64,000 bases of DNA from an uncultured delta proteobacterium (GCA_963847445.1 CAWJZV010000042.1:32001-96000), one strand, 5' to 3'; numbered from the stretch's first letter, positions 40,151 through 50,806 are shown. A program made the numbers and translations. Notes: a model not told the origin generated them from the letters alone.

Positions 40151-42376
40151 ATGGCATCAACGAAACAAGTCGTCGGCAATCCAACCCCAAGAATCGAAGG
40201 CGAGCTCAAGGTCAGCGGTCAGGCCAAGTATGCGGTGGACGTGACTTTGCCCGGCATGCTCTGGGGCAAGTTGCTGCGCAGCCCGATCGCTTCGGGAAAA
40301 ATCAAACGCATCGATACCAGCAAGGCGGAGAAGCTCAAAGGCGTGCGCGCGATTATCACCGGGGCGGACTGCTCGGGGCTGAAAATCGGCCGCCGACTCT
40401 ACGACATGCCGATCCTCGCCGACGGCGAAGTGCGCTTCATCGGTGAAAAAGTCGCGGCGGTGGCGGCGGACAGCGAAGAGATCGCCGAAGAGGCGGTGAA
40501 TCTGATCGAAGTCGAGTATGAAGAGACCGAGCCGCTGCTCGATCCCGTGGAGGCGCTCAAGCCGGGCGCGAAACTCCTTCATCCCGACGTCATGAACTAC
40601 AAAGGGTTGCCCAATCCGCTCAAGGAGCCGACCAACGATTTTGTTTACGTCACCTGGGGCAAGGGCGATCCTGAGGCCGGCTTTCGCCAGGCGGACGTGA
40701 TCGTCGAAAATACATTTACCACGCCGGTGGTGCATCAGAGTTATATCGAGCCCCATTCCTGCGTCGTCAGCGCGGCGGCCGACGGCTCGGCGGAGTTCTG
40801 GTCGTGCAGCAAGGTGCCCTACGGCGTGCGCGAACAAGTCGCCAACGCGCTCAAGCTGCCGCAAGAAAAACTCAACTTTAATCCCGTTTACATCGGCGGC
40901 GACTTCGGCGGCAAGGGCGATTTCATGGATCTTGCCGTGGTTTATCTCTTGTCTAAGAAAGCCGGACGGCCGGTGAAGCTGGTGATGGACTACGAAGAGG
41001 AATTCACCGCGGGCAATCCGCGCCACGCGTCGATCATCCATGTCAAAACCGGCGTAAAAAAAGACGGTACCCTGGTCGCACACCGCATGAGCTTTACCTT
41101 CGACAGCGGCGCCTACGGCGCATTCAAACCCAACGCCTTCCTCAACGGCCCGCACCTGTCTGCCGGGCCGTACAAGATTCCTCACGTATTTATCGAGGAA
41201 CATATGGTCTACACCAACAAGATTCCCTGCGGCCATATGCGCTCGCCTGGCGACCCCCAGGGATTCTTCGCCAATGAGAGCCAGTTGGACATGATCGCCA
41301 AAAAGCTGGGAATGGACCCGATCAAGTTGCGCCAGAAAAACTTAATGCACGACGGCGATATCGATCCGACCGGCGAGGAGTATAGCTACATAAAGACCGA
41401 CGAGACGCTCAAGAAAGCGCTGGACGATTCGGGCTATCAAAAACCCAAGGCGAAAAACGTTGGGCGCGGCATCGCGCTGGTGCAGTGGACGCCCGCCGGC
41501 GGTATCGGCACGGTTGCGATCTCGCTGGATGCAAAAGGCGTGGCGACGATTTCCTCCGCCATGGCCGATCAAGGCGCGGGCACGTACACGGTGTTGAGTG
41601 AAATCATCGCCGAGGAACTCAAGATTCCATTGAGCCAGGTCAAGGTGCAACAGTTGGACACGCAGCAAGGAACTAAGGATACCGGCGTCGGTGGCAGCCG
41701 GGCGACGCGGGTCTACGGCAACGCCGGCTACGAGGCGGCGCTGAAGGCCGTTGCTGCGATCAAACAGGCGGCGGCCGAGCAGATGGGCACTTCACCGGAT
41801 CAGGTCGTCTTGGCAAAAGGCGCGGCTTTGCATCCGCGTATGGAACGACGACTCACCTACGGTGAAATCGTCAAGGCCAAAGGAGCGCCGATCGCAGTCG
41901 AGGCGACGTTTAACGATAATGCCAAGATCCACGCGGCATCCATGTGTGTGCAAGTGGCGGAAGTCGAGGTCGACCCCGATACCGGACGGGTGGAGCTCAA
42001 GAAATTCACATCGACGCATAACACCGGCACTGTGCTCAATCCGCTGATGCACCAGGGACAGATCGAGGGCGCAAGCATGACCGGCATCGGCTACACGCTG
42101 ATGGAAGAAGTGATCATCAACGACGGTAAAGTCGCGACGACCCACTTCGGCGAGTACAAGATCCCGACCATCAAGGATGTTCCGGCATTCAAAGGGTCGG
42201 TTTCGGAAGCGCCGCATGGAGCGGGACCTTATGACAGCATGCCGATCGGCGAGACCGGCAATATTCCCACTGCGGCTGCCATCGCCAATGCGGTAGCAGA
42301 CGCTTGCGGTGTGCGTATCACCAGCTTGCCGATCACGGCGGAGAAGGTTTACCAAGCGCTGCACGGCGCGAAGTGA
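40151..42376 (+). CDS. Xanthine dehydrogenase family molybdopterin-binding subunit (CoxL/XdhA-like)
   Basis: KVSGQAKYAVD..LRSPIASG, IGGDFGGKG, DQGAG, GGSRAT, GQIEG, IGE, LPITAEKV. Confidence 0.93.
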   Translation: MASTKQVVGNPTPRIEGELKVSGQAKYAVDVTLPGMLWGKLLRSPIASGKIKRIDTSKAEKLKGVRAIITGADCSGLKIGRRLYDMPILADGEVRFIGEKVAAVAADSEEIAEEAVNLIEVEYEETEPLLDPVEALKPGAKLLHPDVMNYKGLPNPLKEPTNDFVYVTWGKGDPEAGFRQADVIVENTFTTPVVHQSYIEPHSCVVSAAADGSAEFWSCSKVPYGVREQVANALKLPQEKLNFNPVYIGGDFGGKGDFMDLAVVYLLSKKAGRPVKLVMDYEEEFTAGNPRHASIIHVKTGVKKDGTLVAHRMSFTFDSGAYGAFKPNAFLNGPHLSAGPYKIPHVFIEEHMVYTNKIPCGHMRSPGDPQGFFANESQLDMIAKKLGMDPIKLRQKNLMHDGDIDPTGEEYSYIKTDETLKKALDDSGYQKPKAKNVGRGIALVQWTPAGGIGTVAISLDAKGVATISSAMADQGAGTYTVLSEIIAEELKIPLSQVKVQQLDTQQGTKDTGVGGSRATRVYGNAGYEAALKAVAAIKQAAAEQMGTSPDQVVLAKGAALHPRMERRLTYGEIVKAKGAPIAVEATFNDNAKIHAASMCVQVAEVEVDPDTGRVELKKFTSTHNTGTVLNPLMHQGQIEGASMTGIGYTLMEEVIINDGKVATTHFGEYKIPTIKDVPAFKGSVSEAPHGAGPYDSMPIGETGNIPTAAAIANAVADACGVRITSLPITAEKVYQALHGAK

Positions 42377-42491
42377 TGCACGATGCCGTTTCCGGGAACC
42401 ATCGATCTCGGAAAGTTTCGGGTCGTTGAGGAAGAGGAGCGGCAGCGGCCGGCGCCGATTCGGCTGGAGTAAAGAGCGTGAGCTAATTGAG

Positions 42492-42953
42492 CTAGCCGCC
42501 AACGAACTTGCGGCGTAGCCGGGCTTTGCTAAGCAGCCAATGGGCGCGCAGGCTGCGCCTCCACTGGCTCAACGCCTCGAGATTGAGGGCCGAAGGCAAA
42601 AGTTGGCGCGGCATTACCTGGTAGACGATCGGGTCGGTGATGCTGCGGCGCGAGCGCTGCAGGAGGAAAAAGTAGCGCTCGTTGGCAACAAAAACGTAGC
42701 TCTCGGCCATCGGATCGATGGCGCTTTGCGGCTTCAACCAATCTTCATCCACGCTCGCTAGCTCTTCGATGGCATGACCCGCGTGCCGTTCCATGAATTG
42801 GCGCCGGTCATCCGTCGGGATCTCGCGCACGTTTGAGCCTTGCAGTTCGTAGATCGGCGCTTGATCGAAGGGCGTGACCTTGTGCACTTCGTTGCACCCG
42901 CGGCAGTATAGGAAGCGCTCGTTACCTATCATAATTTGGTAACCTACACTCAT
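42492..42953 (-). CDS. Hypothetical protein with CxxC..H putative Zn motif
   Basis: FLYCRGCNEVH..FMERHAGH; co-oriented downstream of the decaheme gene. Confidence 0.6.
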   Translation of the reverse strand: MSVGYQIMIGNERFLYCRGCNEVHKVTPFDQAPIYELQGSNVREIPTDDRRQFMERHAGHAIEELASVDEDWLKPQSAIDPMAESYVFVANERYFFLLQRSRRSITDPIVYQVMPRQLLPSALNLEALSQWRRSLRAHWLLSKARLRRKFVGG

Positions 42954-43065
42954 CGGTTTAAAGATTTAGCCGCGCGAATTTCAGTAAAGCTACTCCCCTC
43001 GCAATCGAACTGGCATCGTTTTCTCGTCGAGTCGCTAGCGCACGCCGTGCCTGTCCGTAACGCGG

Positions 43066-45096
43066 CTATCTCCGATGTACTTTCTCAACAGCAAAGGCGC
43101 GGCCGACGCCGTGGCAGGTGACGCAGGCTTCTTGGCCGTTTATGTTGGTCATCGTGTCCATGTGAATTTTCGCCGGCTCCTTGGTGTGACAAGCGATGCA
43201 GGCGCTGGTGATGGGCTGGATCGCCTTCACGCTGCCATCCTTTTGCGGGATCAGTGTCGGCAAAAGTCCCGCCGGCAATGGCGGCTCGTTCGCTCCGGGC
43301 ACATGGCACTTCACGCAGTTGCGCCGGTCGCCGGGAAAACGCACGTCGCCCATTTCGATGGGGCCCGGCTTCACCGGCGGACCGCCGTAGATGATTAGGG
43401 ACTCGGCCGCAGCCGCACCGGTATGAATCCGATGAATCAGCCGCTTGTAGTGAATGTTTTCCGGTGGCAGCGGTCCCTTAGCCGCTTTGCGTTTGTCCTC
43501 GTCGGTATTGGATGGGTTGTGGCACATGACGCAGAATTCGGCGTTGCGCCGTGCTTCGCCATGAGTCGCCAACGTCAAATGGCAGACGTTGCAGTTTTCA
43601 ATTATCACCGCCTGGCGCCGTGGCACTGCCTCGCTGTCGGTGATGGAGAAATACTTGACGATGTTGAAGCCCACATCGCGTTGGCCTTTGATGACCTCGC
43701 CATTTGGCTTCTTGAGATCGCGCAGCCGAAATCCCTGAATGCCGATGGCGCCTGACCCCAATGCATCGGCTGGAATCGCATAACGGAATTTGTAAATGTA
43801 AACGCCGCCGCCGGCAGGCTGTGCTTTGCGGACATCTTCCTCGACTGCGACTTTGTAGTCCGACGTGGGCCAAGCGACCACCAATCTCAAGTTGTCCATC
43901 CTGGCGGCGTCGAGGGGCTCGCCCTGCTTAGTTTTTACGCTGAAGGTGACTGTAGGTCTTTCCCCGGGTTTACCATCGTCGATTTTTTGAATCTCGAAAA
44001 CCACGCCGGGTAGCTGGGCGGAAAAACCGGGAAAGGTGTGGGCACCGGCGATGGACGGACCGAACTCCGGACCATTGGGCTGGTGGCAACCGACGCATGT
44101 CCCTTCGGCCAAGGGGCCAAGTTTGTGATTTCTACCAGTCGCGAGATCGACATTGTTGTGACAGGACGTACATGCGGCGATACTCGGAAACCTCTTCCAC
44201 TGATCTTTTTTCGGATCGGCGTGGCAGGCCTGGCAGTTGCGCAGTTCCTTGTAGCTGCCGTCGGACAGCATCGCCTGCGGATAGCGAATGTTGGAAAAGT
44301 CTCTGACCCGCTGATTGAGTGCGACGGTGAAGAAGGACTTGCCTTCTATGACGCTGGGCAAGAGTTTGCCGCGGTGAATCTTGTGCACGAAAACTTTGAA
44401 GTCGAGGCTCTCGCCGCTCTCCGGATCGGTTAACTGTTCGGTGTGGCAGAGCGCGCAGCCGGCGACCTCGCGCCGCGTGCCGCCATGGGCTTTGAGTGGA
44501 TCGTGACAATTGTTGCACGAAGCGGTTTCGACGACTGAACGTTGCACTTTGACGTTCGCGCCGGATGGGATGAATTCGAAAACTGGATTAGCGACCTGCT
44601 TGCCGTTTTCGCGGGTGAATTCGCCACCGACAACATGAGTTGCGTTGCGATCGTAATTGGCCGGTAAAGCCGTCTTGAAAGTGTAGGTGAATACACCGGA
44701 GCGAATCTGTTTGAACGAACCGCCTTGGTCGAAGTCGGGCTGGAGCGTTTCGGCGAGCGCCGGTTTCTTGGTTTCGCCTTTGAAGACAAATTCTTTGCCG
44801 CTGACTTTGGTGAGAATGTAGTTGTGGTAGCTGGTTGCGCCGGTGTTGTCAGCTTTGATCGCGGCGATGGTGAACTTGATGCTATTCGCATCAAGGTCGA
44901 TTAGAGCAAAGGGTTTCCCTTGACCATCGGTGTTGGTGAACATCACCTCGGCACGGCCATCGGCGCCAATCTTCACGCCCTTGATCTCCGCTTTAAACCC
45001 GGTGTTGCTCTGCGCAAGAAGCGGCGTAGACCACAACAGGACAATTATGGCCAAGGTTATTCTTAGTTGTGTCGTCAACTTATATGATTGCAACAT
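43066..45096 (-). CDS. OmcA/MtrC family decaheme c-type cytochrome
   Basis: Ten CxxCH motifs in two groups of five separated by beta-rich domains; HKIHRG and HRIHTG distal-His motifs; N-terminal signal peptide. Confidence 0.92.
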   Translation of the reverse strand: MLQSYKLTTQLRITLAIIVLLWSTPLLAQSNTGFKAEIKGVKIGADGRAEVMFTNTDGQGKPFALIDLDANSIKFTIAAIKADNTGATSYHNYILTKVSGKEFVFKGETKKPALAETLQPDFDQGGSFKQIRSGVFTYTFKTALPANYDRNATHVVGGEFTRENGKQVANPVFEFIPSGANVKVQRSVVETASCNNCHDPLKAHGGTRREVAGCALCHTEQLTDPESGESLDFKVFVHKIHRGKLLPSVIEGKSFFTVALNQRVRDFSNIRYPQAMLSDGSYKELRNCQACHADPKKDQWKRFPSIAACTSCHNNVDLATGRNHKLGPLAEGTCVGCHQPNGPEFGPSIAGAHTFPGFSAQLPGVVFEIQKIDDGKPGERPTVTFSVKTKQGEPLDAARMDNLRLVVAWPTSDYKVAVEEDVRKAQPAGGGVYIYKFRYAIPADALGSGAIGIQGFRLRDLKKPNGEVIKGQRDVGFNIVKYFSITDSEAVPRRQAVIIENCNVCHLTLATHGEARRNAEFCVMCHNPSNTDEDKRKAAKGPLPPENIHYKRLIHRIHTGAAAAESLIIYGGPPVKPGPIEMGDVRFPGDRRNCVKCHVPGANEPPLPAGLLPTLIPQKDGSVKAIQPITSACIACHTKEPAKIHMDTMTNINGQEACVTCHGVGRAFAVEKVHRR

Positions 45097-45139
45097 TCTT
45101 TTGCCCACAGGGAAGGCCAAACCAATGTTTAATTACGAG

Positions 45140-45861
45140 CTATGGGATATCGCTGCTATCCTCATCAAAAGAAATATCAAACGTTACCGCCTTGGCGTTG
45201 GCGGAAAAAACAATTTCACCGAGCCGGTGGGCGAGAAAATACACTGTGCCCACGTTCTCATAATGTTCCAGTAGGGCATGTGCCATGCCATCGGCCGGCG
45301 ATGGCAGAATTTTTACCGCACTGCCGTCAAAGAACCCCAGCACATTGCGCTTCGCGCGCCATTTTGCCGTCGCGTCGCTCGCCGCAACGTTTGTCGGATC
45401 GGCGATCTTCAGGTGCTCCGCGGTATGGTAGAGCGCGATAAGTTTAGGTTCCCGCAATAATGCCGGCAGGACTTCGCCGATCGATAGCTTGCTATACGTT
45501 TCGGCCCACAGCTCTGTAGGGACGGCCAGATGAGCGTGGTCGGCGTCCAAGGGAAACAAATAGCGCGCCGCGCCGTTCTCCAACATCTGTTTTAGATGGC
45601 GGGTGGTTTCGGTGATGAATCGGCAGGGTGCGTGAAACTGTTTTCCCTGAAAGGATGCGACGAATTCACTGTTGCCGTAGTAGCAGCCGTGCGGTTTTAG
45701 GGCGTGGCGCAGCCGGCTGCCGAACTGTTCTTGATAACGATAGGCGTTTTCGATTTCTACCGGGGTAAAATACCAGCCGTTATCGATGCCGAGCGCCGGT
45801 CCGGCGCTATTTAGGAACAGACACGATCACAAGTATTCTAAACGCCAGTCTTATGCTTCAT
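45140..45861 (-). CDS. Secreted hypothetical protein, probable frameshift in signal peptide
   Basis: Frame stays open ~80 codons upstream of the annotated ATG 45586 (CLFLNSAGPALGIDNGWYFTP...); GGAG-ATG at 45861. Confidence 0.6.
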
Positions 45862-45887
45862 GTCGGCTCCTTTCGATCGCAGCCCTG

Positions 45888-47357
45888 TCAGCGGATGAAT
45901 CCGAAAAATCTCCAGTAGGGGACACTCACGGCGAGTGCCAGCAACGTGGCCAAATACTTGGCGGCCAGAATCTTACGCGCTTGGCTATGCGAGAATGCTG
46001 AGCCTCCGCCCCCGGAATAGGCGATCTGATACGGGCCGTCTTGATAGCCGAGCAGGAAACACTCGCCAATCATGATCGATGCCACAACCAAGATGCCGGG
46101 ATGAATGCCAACGCTCTCGCTCAGTGGAAGAATGGTGACGGTAAATAATGCCGCGGTAGGAGTCTTGCGGAGAAAAAAGCGCACGGTTGAAACGAGCAAG
46201 AACAGGACGAGGAGCAAGCCCAACGGTTGGCCGGCGAATCCGCCGAGCAGATGGCCGCTAAGCGTCATGAAAAAAGCATCCACTTTGAGGGTTGAGGCCA
46301 CCACCGCCAGACTGTTCAGGACGCCGAAAAACAGGATAAGTCCCCAGTCGAGATCGTTGCGAAATCCTTTTTCATCGAGCACGCCGGTCAACAAAAAGAT
46401 CAGGAGCGCGGCGAGCGCTACCCAGGCCTCATTGACGCCGTGGAAAGAAGTCGTAAGCCAACCGACAACGGTCAGTATCAAAGTCGTCAAGGTGATCCAC
46501 TCCTTACGGGTGAACGAGCCTGGCATCATGACCTCGGCCCTGACAGCGGTGGCCGCAAGACTTGCCTTGTCTTGGGGCGACATCGGGAGCAGAAGCTGGA
46601 CTGCGAAAAACATGAATAGGGAAATCGTTAGCACCGCCGGTAACGTGGCGACGAACCAAGACAGCCAGCCAAACTCCGCTTTGGCCGACGGCGGGAGAAA
46701 ATTCCAGCCGATCAGACAATGTTCGCCCGCGGTCAGGAACATAAATGACATTTGGCTGAAACCAATAAACGCCGAAAGCGAGATCGCGGCGGAGCCGTTA
46801 GAGCGTGGCGCAAAACCGGCGGCTTGGATTATTGCTTGACTCACCGGCACAGCGACCGCAGCTCTAGCTTTGCCGGTCGGTAAAAGCGGTCCTGAAAGCA
46901 CCCCGGCACCGAGCAGGAACAAGGTATAAGTTTTCTGGCAATGGATCGGTATCCAGCGCAGAAGTTTGAGCGCAAGCCTTTCCAGCAGTGAAGTCTTGCC
47001 GATGGCGGCGGCGATACCCAGCGCGCCAACGGTGAAAAACCAGGAGTTCTCGGAAAAGCCGGCAAGAGCCACCTTCGCCGGGACGATGCCGAAGACCACC
47101 CAGCTGAGGAGCAACATTAAGCCGACGATAAATTCATCCAAAACCTCAAGCACCCAGAGCGTTACCGCGACGATCATAGTGGCGAGGAAATGCATTCCCT
47201 TGGCGCCGAGAGGGGTAAACGGCGGCATTGTCCAAACTGCACAACCTACCGCAAGGGCCAGCAGAACGATCAACGTGTCTTTGCTAGGAAGAAGTAGCGA
47301 TTGTGGCTTTGCAATCGACTGCACATTTACTGGCAACACTTCAGTTTCCGCTTCCAT
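45888..47357 (-). CDS. SLC13/DASS family anion transporter
   Basis: Multi-TM; ALAGFS..SWF, PTGKAR, MFLTA, W.TTSFHG, DWGLILFFG, SVPYWRFFG. Confidence 0.9.
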   Translation of the reverse strand: MEAETEVLPVNVQSIAKPQSLLLPSKDTLIVLLALAVGCAVWTMPPFTPLGAKGMHFLATMIVAVTLWVLEVLDEFIVGLMLLLSWVVFGIVPAKVALAGFSENSWFFTVGALGIAAAIGKTSLLERLALKLLRWIPIHCQKTYTLFLLGAGVLSGPLLPTGKARAAVAVPVSQAIIQAAGFAPRSNGSAAISLSAFIGFSQMSFMFLTAGEHCLIGWNFLPPSAKAEFGWLSWFVATLPAVLTISLFMFFAVQLLLPMSPQDKASLAATAVRAEVMMPGSFTRKEWITLTTLILTVVGWLTTSFHGVNEAWVALAALLIFLLTGVLDEKGFRNDLDWGLILFFGVLNSLAVVASTLKVDAFFMTLSGHLLGGFAGQPLGLLLVLFLLVSTVRFFLRKTPTAALFTVTILPLSESVGIHPGILVVASIMIGECFLLGYQDGPYQIAYSGGGGSAFSHSQARKILAAKYLATLLALAVSVPYWRFFGFIR

Positions 47358-47473
47358 TGTACTTCCCCCTCGCAGGCCGTTCGAGACACACAAACACCCT
47401 TCGCGATCGTCAAATCCACAGGCGCGATCGCCTTGAATCTCTCGCCGCGGTGTGATTTTCCCCCGGGAAATCA

Positions 47474-48541
47474 CTACTTGCCGACCGAGACTTGCGCGTA
47501 ACCCGCCCGCAGTTCACTGACCGCCGGGTGATTGGGTCCCAAGCTTTTTTCCACAATGATGACAGCCCGTTGATACAATTGTGCCGCTTCATCGTTACGA
47601 CCAACTTCGCGGTAAAGCTCGGCGAGGTTCTTTAGTGTCGTGCCGACATCGGGATGTTCTTTCCCAAGAAACTTTTCACGGATCGTCAGGGACTTCAGAA
47701 AGAGTGTCTGCGCGTCGGTGTGGTTGCCGAGTGCGCGCTCGAGATTGCCAAGGTTATTCATGCCGAGGGCAACATCGGGATGGTCGATGCCGTGTTCGGC
47801 GCTCCAGATTTGAATCACCCGGAGGTAAAGCGCTTTGGCCGGTTTGAACTTTCTCTGCTTGTGATAAACCCAGGCGAGATTGTGGACGGCGGTGGCGAGT
47901 TGGGGATTGTCAATTCCCAGCGATTGCTCCTGGATCCGTAGCGTTCGTTGAAACAAGTCTTCCGCTTGATCGAAGCGGCCTTGGAGCGCGTGCAAGCCGC
48001 CGAGATTGTTCAACACGACGGCCAAGTCCGATTGGTCTGGGCCTGAATAGTTTTCCCATATTTTAATTGCGCGCTGGTACAACGATTCCGCTTCGGCAAA
48101 GCGCGCCTGCGAGCGATAGACGCCGGCCAGGTTATTTAGCTGATCGGCGAGATCGGGATGATTCGCCCCCCACGTCGTCTCCGTGATCGCGCCCGCGCGC
48201 AGATAGTGTTGTTCCGCTTCGGTGTATTTGCCTTGCTCGGCTTTTAGCCAGCCAAGATTATTGTGGTAGTAGGCCATCTCGGGATCGTCGGCGCCTTTTT
48301 TCTTCTGGCGGATTTCGAATACTTCTTGGATGATGGTTTCGGCGTGGGAGTAGAGGCCTCGTCGCTTATAGCCATCAGCGGTGCTTTCCATGCGGCTGAG
48401 CGACTCGGTGTCAATGCCGAGAGCCGCCTCTTCCCGGGCGCTCAATTGTTCGGCCGGTGCGAAGTCAGCGAACGAGTGTCGAGCAAACAAAAACGAAGTT
48501 AGAATCACCGCCGCGCCGGCAAATCGTTTGAGGTGTTTCAT
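47474..48541 (-). CDS. Secreted tetratricopeptide repeat protein (42-aa TPR_10/12 type)
   Basis: Signal peptide; about seven repeats of HPD.A..LNNLA..Y..QG.Y.EAE.LYQRA. Confidence 0.9.
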   Translation of the reverse strand: MKHLKRFAGAAVILTSFLFARHSFADFAPAEQLSAREEAALGIDTESLSRMESTADGYKRRGLYSHAETIIQEVFEIRQKKKGADDPEMAYYHNNLGWLKAEQGKYTEAEQHYLRAGAITETTWGANHPDLADQLNNLAGVYRSQARFAEAESLYQRAIKIWENYSGPDQSDLAVVLNNLGGLHALQGRFDQAEDLFQRTLRIQEQSLGIDNPQLATAVHNLAWVYHKQRKFKPAKALYLRVIQIWSAEHGIDHPDVALGMNNLGNLERALGNHTDAQTLFLKSLTIREKFLGKEHPDVGTTLKNLAELYREVGRNDEAAQLYQRAVIIVEKSLGPNHPAVSELRAGYAQVSVGK

Positions 48542-49035
48542 AAGTCCCTACTGGTGAAGTCGGCCGGGTGACATAAGCGGACCGGCATGGCCGATGGCGG
48601 TCTGGCAATTCCTAAAGCTGCAATCAGACTGCGGAGCCAGCGCCTTGCCCGGTTTATCGCCGGGCGCATGATCACCAGGCTTTTTGCTTCAACCTCATTG
48701 TACTGGCGCAGGACCGGCCGTAACCGCCCGCTGTAAAACTTGACTTCGATCTGCACCCCGTGATCGCGTAGCTCTCGGCCGGCGTGCTCCAATCGTTGCG
48801 TCAGGTTCGATTGCGGCTCGTCGCGATCATGCGGTGCCGCGAAGGGGCTGGCAAAATCGCCCCGCTTAGCGCTTTGGATCGTCAGAAGTTGACCGGTAAG
48901 CTCGCTGAAGCGGTCAACGTCCAAGTGGACCAAGAAGACGATCTTGGTGTCGGGTCGAGCCATATCTTCGAGATAGGGAAGAAACTCTTCGATGTGATCG
49001 CGGCCCTTGATCGGCACGAGAATTTGGCAGCGCAT
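48538..49035 (-). CDS. Universal stress protein-like protein
   Basis: QILVPIKG..KIVFLVH..GVQIEVKFYSG..LVIM; GAGG RBS. Confidence 0.65.
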   Translation of the reverse strand: MRCQILVPIKGRDHIEEFLPYLEDMARPDTKIVFLVHLDVDRFSELTGQLLTIQSAKRGDFASPFAAPHDRDEPQSNLTQRLEHAGRELRDHGVQIEVKFYSGRLRPVLRQYNEVEAKSLVIMRPAINRARRWLRSLIAALGIARPPSAMPVRLCHPADFTSRDL

Positions 49036-49064
49036 CGATTTTTCCTCAGGATGAGGATCTCTAC

Positions 49065-49081
49065 AGCATGGGTCGTGCCAA
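49065..49081 (-). promoter_or_regulatory. Sigma54 -24/-12 promoter of the USP-TPR-DASS-cytochrome operon
   Basis: TTGGCACGACCCATGCT (GG-N10-GC) ~30 nt upstream of the USP start. Confidence 0.75.
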
Positions 49082-49176
49082 GCAGAAGTTTTCTTTCCAG
49101 GCCAGCTCAACGCCAGTGAAATATAAGAACAATCTAATCGCGGCATGATTGCGATTGGATTAAATCGCGGTGGCGA

Positions 49177-49216
49177 AGTGTCTAAAAGAAAACAGGCCAG
49201 TGTGGGAAACCACTCA
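49177..49216. promoter_or_regulatory. Putative tandem enhancer-binding-protein site (UAS)
   Basis: Two 18-bp imperfect palindromes AGTGTCTAAAAGAAAACA and AGTGTGGGAAACCACTCA, 4-bp spacer; same architecture as 56731-56770. Confidence 0.6.
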
Positions 49217-49271
49217 GGTTAATCGAGTGGGCTAGTAGAAACTAGCTGAGCGGTGATATTGATTTCCCGTC

Positions 49272-49380
49272 GGTCATGCCGACCGTAGGCCGGTATCCAG
49301 GTGGCGGACCGCGTCCGTCATACCGTTGAAGAACGGTATCCAGGTTGAGGGGATGGACCCCGGTTTTTACGGGGACGACG
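49272..49380. repeat. REP-like GTCAT palindrome cluster
   Basis: gtcatgccgaccgtaggccggtatccagg, gtcataccgttgaagaacggtatccagg, atggaccccggtttttacggggacgacg; homologous to 28806-28943. Confidence 0.75.
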
Positions 49381-49439
49381 GGATTGGCTTCGCTCGAAGG
49401 TGATGGGAATCACCATCGTCGAGTGAAATAAGAGAAATA

Positions 49440-50795
49440 TCAGTTGATACCGAAGGACTTAAGCAGCTTTTGAAAATAAGCGCGGTCCAGACCGAGAAGC
49501 TTTGCCGCGGCGGTGCGGTTGCCGTTGGATTGCTGAAGGGTTTTGACAATCACTTCGCGGCGGTATTCGTCGACGGTCTCTTGATAATTGAGGTGCGCGT
49601 TTGCCGTAATGGGCCGGGATACAGCTAAGATTTCCACCGGTAGGTCGTTGGCCTGGATCGCCGGCGGTTCGCCGAGGACCACCGCGCGCTCGATGACGTT
49701 GGCGAGTTCTCGAACGTTGCCGGGCCAGTCATGGGCCATCAGCTTGGCCTGGGCGTCGTCGGCGATCCGCAGGAAATCTTTTTTCGACTCCAGGGAAAAG
49801 CGCCGGAGAAAAAACTCGGCCAACTCTGGGATATCTTCCTTGCGCTCGCGGAGCGGCGGCAAGGTGATCGGCACGACGTTGATCCGGTAAAATAGATCCT
49901 CGCGAAATCTACCGTTCTTGACCGCGGCCTGCAGGTTGCGATTGGTCGCGGCGATGATGCGCACGTCGACGCTGATCAGCTCGGTGCCGCCGACCCGCTC
50001 GAACTCCCGCTCTTGCAAGAAGCGCAGCAGCTTGGTCTGAATCTCCTTAGTGATGTCGCCGATCTCGTCGAGAAATACCGTGCCGCCATGGGCCAGCTCG
50101 ATCTTTCCCTTCTTTCTTTGCTGGGCGCCGGTGAAGGCGCCGCGCTCGTAACCGAACAATTCGCTTTCCAACAAGTCTTTCGACAGGCCGACGCAGTTGA
50201 TCGCGACGAACGGCAGGTCGTGGCGCTCGCTCCAGTTATGCACGGCGCGGGCGAACAGCTCCTTGCCGACGCCGCTTTCGCCGAGCAGCAGGACTGTGCT
50301 GCGGGTCGCCGCGGCTTTTTTAGCGGCGTTGATCACTTGATTGATCTTCTCGCTTTTGCCGAAAACCATTTGGTACCGTTTGTCGACCTCTTGGGTCAGC
50401 ACTTCAATGCCGCGGCGCAAGCGCTGTTGCTCCATGGTGCGTTGCACCACCATCGCGATATGGCTGCCTTTAAACGGTTTGGCGACAAAATCCGCGGCGC
50501 CTTCTTTCATCGCCTCGACGGCGATGTCGATGGTGCCGTAGGCGGTGATCATGACCACCGGAAAATCTTTCTCCTGGCGGCGCAGCTCTTTGAGAACTTC
50601 CATGCCCTTCATTCCCGGCATCTCGATGTCGAGGAAAGCCATCTGCGGCGTTTGTTGGCCGATCCTCTCTAAAGCCTGGTTGCCATCGGTGGCTTGCATG
50701 ACCCGATAGCCGAGGGATTCCAGCCGGTCTTTGAGCGCTTCCTGGATGTAGGGATCGTCGTCGACGACTAGAATGGTTTCTTGCGGTTCAGTCAT
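49440..50795 (-). CDS. Sigma54-dependent response regulator (NtrC family: REC-AAA+-HTH)
   Basis: [59 protein letters not shown]. Confidence 0.96.
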   Translation of the reverse strand: MTEPQETILVVDDDPYIQEALKDRLESLGYRVMQATDGNQALERIGQQTPQMAFLDIEMPGMKGMEVLKELRRQEKDFPVVMITAYGTIDIAVEAMKEGAADFVAKPFKGSHIAMVVQRTMEQQRLRRGIEVLTQEVDKRYQMVFGKSEKINQVINAAKKAAATRSTVLLLGESGVGKELFARAVHNWSERHDLPFVAINCVGLSKDLLESELFGYERGAFTGAQQRKKGKIELAHGGTVFLDEIGDITKEIQTKLLRFLQEREFERVGGTELISVDVRIIAATNRNLQAAVKNGRFREDLFYRINVVPITLPPLRERKEDIPELAEFFLRRFSLESKKDFLRIADDAQAKLMAHDWPGNVRELANVIERAVVLGEPPAIQANDLPVEILAVSRPITANAHLNYQETVDEYRREVIVKTLQQSNGNRTAAAKLLGLDRAYFQKLLKSFGIN

Positions 50796-50806
50796 AGGGA
50801 CAGACC

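Noticed and set aside
40151-42376. Calling the Mo subunit a true aerobic CO dehydrogenase
   Set aside because: The AYxCSFR active-site loop is absent (reads GHMRSPG) and there is no coxM/coxS
43036-43052. Possible fourth sigma54 promoter (AGGCACGGCGTGCGCT, minus strand) before the Zn-motif gene
   Set aside because: GG-N10-GC spacing is present, but it lacks the TGG and TTGC context and an associated UAS; too weak to call
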